Shown in pieces: positions 58,086 to 64,000 of a DNA stretch of 64,000 nt. The notes below the pieces were generated by a model that was given only the letters and a program-made list of their open reading frames with translations, was not told where the DNA came from and searched no databases. Every line of letters starts with the position of its first letter. Positions within the stretch are counted from its first letter, which is position 1. The position numbers and the translations under genes are program-made. The stretch is from an uncultured virus (IMG/VR IMGVR_UViG_3300029286_002633) (lineage: Duplodnaviria > Heunggongvirae > Uroviricota > Caudoviricetes), in IMG/VR virus record IMGVR_UViG_3300029286_002633. One strand, given 5' to 3'.

Positions 58086-58115
58086 TGTATACCTTTTTGT
58101 AAGTAAGTATAAAAA
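58086..58115 (+). promoter_or_regulatory. element promoter motif copy
   Basis: TGTATACCTTTTTG with TATAAAA at +22; 2 nt after the preceding stop. Confidence 0.8.
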
Positions 58116-58161
58116 GTTAAAAGCGTTTATAAATCTTGTAGTATTTATAAAGGGATTCCTC

Positions 58162-61100
58162 ATGCGGACTTTGAATAAAAAAATATTAGCAATTTATATT
58201 ACATCCATCTTTTTATTTGGGGGGTTATCTTTCTTTGATTTTACTCCTACAGTCAGTGCCACAGATTATACTCATCTGACTTGGTGTGTCCAAGCATTTA
58301 CATCAGGTAGTGGAACATGGACTGTTCCAAGCGGGGTTACACAGATTGATATCCTTGTCGTCGGTGGCGGTGGTGGGTCTGGTTCAGGGACAACGAATAT
58401 GAATTCTGATGGTGGTGGCGGTGGCGCTGGTGGTCTTGTCTGGATTCGTAATGTGACGAGCCTTGGAGGAACTGCTGTTTCAGAAGGTAATAGTTTTTCA
58501 TATTCTGTTGGTACTGGCGGTGCTGCATCCGGTGGAAGCGCGTATGGCGCAAATGGCATTAAATCAACATTCGGTAATTTGACGGCTTGGGGTGGTGGCG
58601 GGGGAGGCGATTACACTAGTGCTTATGTCAATGGACGGACTGGTGGTTCTGGCGGTGGCGGTGGTACCGGTAATAGTGATGGTTCTGGCGGTGGGACTAA
58701 TCAAACTTCTACGTCCGGTTGGTCAGGAACATATGGGTTCGGTTATGCTGGTGCAACAACAGTCGGTTGGACCAATGGTGGTGGCGGCGGTGGTGCTACT
58801 GGAGCAGGGACGACAAGCTCGACATCTCCTGGTGGTGCTGGAAAGAATTTATCAGCCTATTTTGGCATGTCTTATGGTATTTCAGGGGTTTTTTCAAAAG
58901 GTGGGAATGGTGGCACTGCCAGCACCCCTGCTGCAACTGTAGCAAATACAGGAAACGGTGGTAACGCAGCAATACAAAGTGGCACAATAGGTTATGCTGG
59001 AGCATCTGGTATCATTCTTTTGAGATGGCAGCCAACAATAACACCGCATACCTATACAGATGGTTCAATGAAAGTTTGGCATATATACGCACTTGAGGGA
59101 TACTCTGGAACTTGGAAGGTTCCAGAAGGTGTGATAAAAATTGATGTTTTGGTAGTTGCGGGTGGTGGTGGTGCTGGTAGCGCCGCCGCTACATCAGGTT
59201 TTCATGGCGGTGGTGGAGGCGGTGGTGGTCTTGTCTGGGCTCGTAATATATCAAAAATTGGTTCAACTGAAATAAATGGGGGCAACACTATTTCATATTC
59301 GGTGGGTGCTGCCGGTATTCGTTCAACTACAAGTGGGTTGGATAGAGGAACAAGTGGTGGTGATTCGACCTTTGGTAATCTGACTGCAAAAGGCGGTGGT
59401 GCAGGTGGGACGTCATATTCAACATATCGTGCTGGTGTTAATGGTGGTTCTGGTGGTGGAGCGGGTGTTGCAGCGACGTCTACTGCAAGTGGCGGAACAT
59501 CCACACAATCAAGCGTAGGCGGATGGTCATCAACCTATGGTTTTGGATATGCGGGGGCAGCATCAACTTCATCAGGTAATCCTGGTGCTGGAGGTGGTGC
59601 AGGTTCTGCTGCAAGCGGAGGAACAGTCGGCTCTGGAAAGAACATGTCATCATATTTCGGCACAGACTTTGGTGTTTCTGGTGTTTTTGCAAGAGGAGGG
59701 GCTGTAAAATCTACACTTGGTAATGAGACTGCAAACAGCGGGAATGGTGGAAATGCAAACACAAGCAACGGCATGGGTGGAGATGGTGGAAGCGGTATTA
59801 TTCTCATACGATGGTGCGATTGGGCTGCTCAAGGGCATACATGGGGAATTCATTCTTTAACTTTATCCAGTGGAACCTGGACGGTACCAGACGGTGTAAC
59901 AAAGATGGACGTTCTTGTCGTCGGTGGTGGCGGTGCCAGTGGTATGGCACAGACAACTGGATACGGTGGCAATGGCGGTGGTGGTGCTGGAGGTCTCATC
60001 TGGAAACAGAACATCACTAACTTTAGTGGCATAAAGTTTGAAACCAGTACTTCAACGGGACTCGTTCGTTTAGTATATGGCACCATCTGGGATGCACAAA
60101 CATTTACAATTGGTTCAGTAGGGGTAAATTGTGGTCACAATATAACATCTGTAAAATTATTAATTGCTAGAGTTGGTTCACCTGGCACAATCACGGTAAG
60201 TATACGTGCGACATCAGGGGGATTACCAACTGGAAGTGATTTGACATCAGGTTCAATCAATGGAAACACTCTAAGTACATCAGCAACTTGGGTTGAGATA
60301 CCACTCACTTCATATGAATTATCAAAATCGACAGCGTATGCCATTGTTGTTAGGGCGACATCAGGGGATGCAAGTAATTATGTATCATGGACAAGAAGTT
60401 CCAGTAGTACATATGCTGGAGGGCAGATGTGCGAATCTTCGGATAGCGGAGCATCATTTACGGGTTCTTCATCATATGATTTTGCGTTTGAAGAATACGG
60501 TACAGTTTTCATAATTCCTGGACATGAAATCCCATACAGAGTCGGTGCAGGGGGCATTGGTGCTACCACAACAAATGCTAAAGGGACAAATGGGGGCAAT
60601 TCTATATTTGGTAATATGACTGCAATAGGCGGTGGTGCTGGTGGCGCTGGGAGCGGAACATCAGCAACAAAAACTGGAAGCAATGGTGGTTCTGCTGGGG
60701 GTGGAGCATACAATGCAGGTCCCGGAGGAACATCAAATCAATCATCAACAACTGGTTGGTCTAAGCTATTCGGAAATGGATTCAACGGCGGTGTAAGTAG
60801 CGGAAATAATGGTGGTGGCGGTGGTGGTGCAGGTGAAGCAGGGAATACCGATGCATCATGGTATGGTGGCGATGGAAAGAACATGTCATCATATTTCGGA
60901 AATTCATATGGAGAAAACGGATGGTTCGCTGGCGGTGGTGGTGGTGGGCGAGATGGGACAGCCGCCCCAATAGGTGGTGATGGTGGTGGTGGAAATGGTG
61001 CAAAGTATGGTACCTCTTACGCTGAAGCAGGGCAGGCAAACACCGGTGGCGGTGCTGGTGGGCAATATGCAGCATCCTCTCAAAATGGAATGGCTGGCGG

Positions 61101-64000
61101 TAGTGGTGTCATCCTCATACGATGGAGGTTGGACCAAGAAGTAACAGTTACAACGAATACAACAACAGGTATCGGAGCGAACAATGCCACGCTGTGGGGA
61201 TACCTTGATAGTGACGGTGGGGAGAACTGCACAGTTCGATTTCAATATGGAACTACTACAAACTACGGAACCAATACAACAAATCAGACGGGAAAGGGGA
61301 CGGGGGAAAACTTCAGCGCCGGGGTCTCGGGATTGTCGGAAGGAACCGTATATCACTATCGTGCCTATGCAAACAATACTGGTTCTTCAGATACTGGCGA
61401 TGATATGACATTTTTAACACAACCAGACCCACCAGATGATACATCATCACAAGCAAACAGTTCATCAGTCATCTATCTCACATGGACAAAGGGCACTGGT
61501 GCAAATTATACAAGAATAGAAAGAGACACAAACTGGTATCCATTATTAGGCGAGGGGACTTTAGTTTATAACGGCACTGGAACACATTGTGAGGATACAT
61601 CCATCTCTCCTGGTCAGCGTTATTATTACGCACTTTGGAGTTTTACAACATGGGGTATCTTGTCTCGATGGTCTGAATATGAAGATGCAACACAATTTTG
61701 TTCAATGCCAGGAAGCACCACATCATTCACTTCTCAAGTGAATAGCACAGAAATTATATATCTTAATTGGGTGAAAGGAACAGGCGCAAACTATACAAGG
61801 ATTCAGAGAAGCACAACAGGATACCCATCCTCAATTTCTGATGGAACAAATGCCTATAACAACACAGGCATATTATTGGAAGATGGTGGTCTTGACGCTG
61901 GAACTGCTTATTATTACCGTGCATTCAGTTTTTCAACCTGGCAAGGCACATATGGCGATGGTCCTTATAGTAAATGGAATACAACAAACGTGAGTGCGGT
62001 ATTACTCACACAACCAGAATCACTCTATGGATTCACTGCAACAAAATATACATCAACACAAATAAATCTTGCTTGGACGAATGGAGCAGGTGGTGATGGT
62101 GCATATATCGAATATGCAGTAGGTTCAGCACCCGCCCCATGGAACAAAGGCTCTGGAACAATGATTGATGCAGATGGATATGTGATGGGGGAAGCATTCC
62201 CACATACAGGATTGACGTCAGGCTCACGTTACTATTACAAGGCATGGACGGTGGCAAGCGATGATGGTCTTTTATCAGATGGAACCACTAAAAAACCATT
62301 TGGTAATACTTCAACCAATGATGAAACAACAAATAGCATTCCTAATGCACCATCAAATCCTCTTTGTCAATCACAAACAAATCCAACAAAGATATTTTCA
62401 TTGACTCCGACATTTAGTTGGACTTTCAGCGATGACGATGGAGGAGATACACAAGGTGGCTATAACATCCGTGTAGGCACAACAGCCAATAGTGGAGATA
62501 TGTGGAACACTACTGTTACCAGTGCATCTCAATCTGTCATCTATGCTGGTTCAACCCTCTCACGTGGTGTGACGTATCATTGGTCAGTACGTACAAATGA
62601 TACTTGGGCAGGTACGATGGGACCATATTGCGGCGACCAGACATTCAAGATAAATGCAATACCATTCGCAACGCTTACATCACCTGCGGACACATCGACA
62701 GGCGTAACACTCACACCAACTCTTGGATGGGATTTCACTGACACAGATTCAGATACACAATCCAACTACCATGTGCAAGTATCAAAATATTCTGCATTCA
62801 ATTCAACCGTTATTGATACAAACACATCTGGGACATCAACCAGTTATCCAGTATCATCTTCTTTGACGAATGGGACAAAATATTACTGGCGTGTCAAGGC
62901 AAAAGACGGCTATGAATGGTCTCCATTTACGAGTTCATGGTACTTCACAACCACTAACCTCCAAGTAAAAAACCTTACAACATATAACTCAAATTATGTT
63001 CCAACAACAACATTTGAAGTGAACCAAAAGGTCGTTATCCAATATAATGTGACAAATATCGTTGACATGAACAATACTTACATCACGATACAAGACCCGC
63101 TTGGAACAAAACAGGTTGACCATTCAGGTGTTTCTTCTGCAAAGCAAAATTTCACTACTGATACAAATTGGAATGAAGACGTCGCTAACAGATGGAACCC
63201 TGCAACAGATTTCTATGTTTCTTCACCAAAATCCTATCAGCATGGACGAAATGGTGGTTCAGGAACATATAATAACATTGCATTATTGAAAACATCAGTC
63301 CTTTCCAATCAAACTAATCTTACTGCTGAAGTGAAATGGTATGTTGATTATAGTGCTGAGGACATGCAACGAATACTTGTCAGATATAAAGACTCGAATA
63401 ATTACGTTGCATGTTACGCCTCAAGCGTATATTCAGTTCTTGGTGTTGAAGAACGAATAGGTGGCGTGCGATATTTCGAGGAAACATCTCGATTGTTCTC
63501 TCAAGACACCTGGTATACAATGAAACTGGTGTTAGAAGGCTCAACAGCCAAAGTCTACATCAATGACGTGCTTTTAGTAACAAAGACCCATCTTGCAACA
63601 ACAACTGCTGGGCGTGTCGGTATCGGTTGTGATTCTGGATGGATTTATTTCGATGATTTCTCCGTAGGGTATCCGAACTCACGTGTAGTGAAAGCAATCA
63701 CAAACGGGTATCAATACGAGTTCAACTACACTATTCCAAACAACGTCAGTTTGCTTGGAACATGGACAATCACCGCATCGGCTGAACAACTTGGACAAAC
63801 TGCACAGCAGCAGAAGACATTTGATGTTATTTCAACAGCACCCGTGGTTCTTAACATTTCTACTTTTAACTCAACATTTATCCCAAAAACAACTTTCATA
63901 AACGGAGACACCGTAATAATACGCACATGGGTTATTGATAAATATGGGAGTGCAGGGATAAGCGTCTGCAATGTCACAATCAAAAACCCTGCAAGCACCA
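58162..64000 (+). CDS. second giant secreted adhesin (3' truncated, >1940 aa): three glycine-rich domains, FN3 repeats, stalk homologous to 51181-58083
   Basis: ATG 58162, MRTLNKKILAIY...VSA signal; W.VP.GV...DVLVV.GGG at about 58318, 59113, 59878; frame reads open to the window end, which explains its absence from the ORF track. Confidence 0.9.
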   Translation, partial: MRTLNKKILAIYITSIFLFGGLSFFDFTPTVSATDYTHLTWCVQAFTSGSGTWTVPSGVTQIDILVVGGGGGSGSGTTNMNSDGGGGGAGGLVWIRNVTSLGGTAVSEGNSFSYSVGTGGAASGGSAYGANGIKSTFGNLTAWGGGGGGDYTSAYVNGRTGGSGGGGGTGNSDGSGGGTNQTSTSGWSGTYGFGYAGATTVGWTNGGGGGGATGAGTTSSTSPGGAGKNLSAYFGMSYGISGVFSKGGNGGTASTPAATVANTGNGGNAAIQSGTIGYAGASGIILLRWQPTITPHTYTDGSMKVWHIYALEGYSGTWKVPEGVIKIDVLVVAGGGGAGSAAATSGFHGGGGGGGGLVWARNISKIGSTEINGGNTISYSVGAAGIRSTTSGLDRGTSGGDSTFGNLTAKGGGAGGTSYSTYRAGVNGGSGGGAGVAATSTASGGTSTQSSVGGWSSTYGFGYAGAASTSSGNPGAGGGAGSAASGGTVGSGKNMSSYFGTDFGVSGVFARGGAVKSTLGNETANSGNGGNANTSNGMGGDGGSGIILIRWCDWAAQGHTWGIHSLTLSSGTWTVPDGVTKMDVLVVGGGGASGMAQTTGYGGNGGGGAGGLIWKQNITNFSGIKFETSTSTGLVRLVYGTIWDAQTFTIGSVGVNCGHNITSVKLLIARVGSPGTITVSIRATSGGLPTGSDLTSGSINGNTLSTSATWVEIPLTSYELSKSTAYAIVVRATSGDASNYVSWTRSSSSTYAGGQMCESSDSGASFTGSSSYDFAFEEYGTVFIIPGHEIPYRVGAGGIGATTTNAKGTNGGNSIFGNMTAIGGGAGGAGSGTSATKTGSNGGSAGGGAYNAGPGGTSNQSSTTGWSKLFGNGFNGGVSSGNNGGGGGGAGEAGNTDASWYGGDGKNMSSYFGNSYGENGWFAGGGGGGRDGTAAPIGGDGGGGNGAKYGTSYAEAGQANTGGGAGGQYAASSQNGMAGGSGVILIRWRLDQEVTVTTNTTTGIGANNATLWGYLDSDGGENCTVRFQYGTTTNYGTNTTNQTGKGTGENFSAGVSGLSEGTVYHYRAYANNTGSSDTGDDMTFLTQPDPPDDTSSQANSSSVIYLTWTKGTGANYTRIERDTNWYPLLGEGTLVYNGTGTHCEDTSISPGQRYYYALWSFTTWGILSRWSEYEDATQFCSMPGSTTSFTSQVNSTEIIYLNWVKGTGANYTRIQRSTTGYPSSISDGTNAYNNTGILLEDGGLDAGTAYYYRAFSFSTWQGTYGDGPYSKWNTTNVSAVLLTQPESLYGFTATKYTSTQINLAWTNGAGGDGAYIEYAVGSAPAPWNKGSGTMIDADGYVMGEAFPHTGLTSGSRYYYKAWTVASDDGLLSDGTTKKPFGNTSTNDETTNSIPNAPSNPLCQSQTNPTKIFSLTPTFSWTFSDDDGGDTQGGYNIRVGTTANSGDMWNTTVTSASQSVIYAGSTLSRGVTYHWSVRTNDTWAGTMGPYCGDQTFKINAIPFATLTSPADTSTGVTLTPTLGWDFTDTDSDTQSNYHVQVSKYSAFNSTVIDTNTSGTSTSYPVSSSLTNGTKYYWRVKAKDGYEWSPFTSSWYFTTTNLQVKNLTTYNSNYVPTTTFEVNQKVVIQYNVTNIVDMNNTYITIQDPLGTKQVDHSGVSSAKQNFTTDTNWNEDVANRWNPATDFYVSSPKSYQHGRNGGSGTYNNIALLKTSVLSNQTNLTAEVKWYVDYSAEDMQRILVRYKDSNNYVACYASSVYSVLGVEERIGGVRYFEETSRLFSQDTWYTMKLVLEGSTAKVYINDVLLVTKTHLATTTAGRVGIGCDSGWIYFDDFSVGYPNSRVVKAITNGYQYEFNYTIPNNVSLLGTWTITASAEQLGQTAQQQKTFDVISTAPVVLNISTFNSTFIPKTTFINGDTVIIRTWVIDKYGSAGISVCNVTIKNPAST
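62449..62591 (+). repeat. 143-nt exact repeat, copy 2
   Basis: Identical to 53116-53258. Confidence 0.9.
63637..63733 (+). repeat. 97-nt repeat, copy 2
   Basis: Matches 54307-54403. Confidence 0.9.

Noticed and set aside
2841..58115. CRISPR array or integron attC sites formed by the recurring motif
   Set aside because: Copies are degenerate, hundreds to thousands of nt apart, lack extended dyad symmetry and are tied to TATA boxes; no cas or intI seen
53116..63733. Diversity-generating retroelement TR/VR pair
   Set aside because: Both copies are coding, mid-gene and essentially identical, without adenine-specific differences; no reverse transcriptase in the window
58272..63998. Many short ORFs listed in the track
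   Set aside because: Shadows of one long + strand ORF from 58162 that lacks a stop inside the window
1..64000. Assignment as a Borg, head-tail virus or host chromosome
   Set aside because: No Borg-style perfect intergenic tandem repeat arrays, no capsid/portal/terminase and no housekeeping genes recognised; the class cannot be fixed from this window
1..64000. Alternative genetic code or stop-codon readthrough
   Set aside because: Genes pack tightly with TAA, TAG and TGA all used as stops, and known domains are uninterrupted

Overview
This 64 kb window looks like part of a large archaeal virus or other extrachromosomal element. The host is probably euryarchaeal/Thermoplasmatota-like, judged from TATA-box promoters, GGAGGTGA ribosome-binding sites, PGF-CTERM sorting signals and an intron-containing tRNA. 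Almost all genes are on the + strand. No rRNA, ribosomal-protein or housekeeping operons are present, and no capsid, terminase or integrase is recognisable. Layout: (1) 1-13.2 kb and 16.4-33.9 kb are dense arrays of small ORFs, mostly of unknown function and partly paralogous. They include HNH, DnaQ-like exonuclease, SprT-like protease, lipocalin, ART-fold protein, dCTP deaminase, AAA+HTH, mini-ferritin, two AEP/primase-fold proteins, radical SAM, glutaredoxin and SWIM genes. (2) 13.3-16.2 kb and 34-64 kb encode secreted and membrane proteins: PEGA/PGF-CTERM proteins, a doubly anchored paralog pair, a membrane-tethered subtilisin, and two giant modular surface proteins, the second running off the window and missing from the ORF track; RusA also lies here. 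Main signals not explained by these annotations: a TGTATAC-N-TTG element found 20 times at a fixed 22-23 nt upstream of a TATA box, often abutting the previous stop codon in a cassette-like way; several structured non-coding RNAs, notably a ~210-nt minus-strand RNA with a pseudoknot/switch; short C-terminal tags shared among small proteins; and near-identical DNA blocks shared by the two giant adhesins, which carry different heads. All family calls come from motif recognition by eye; no searches were run.
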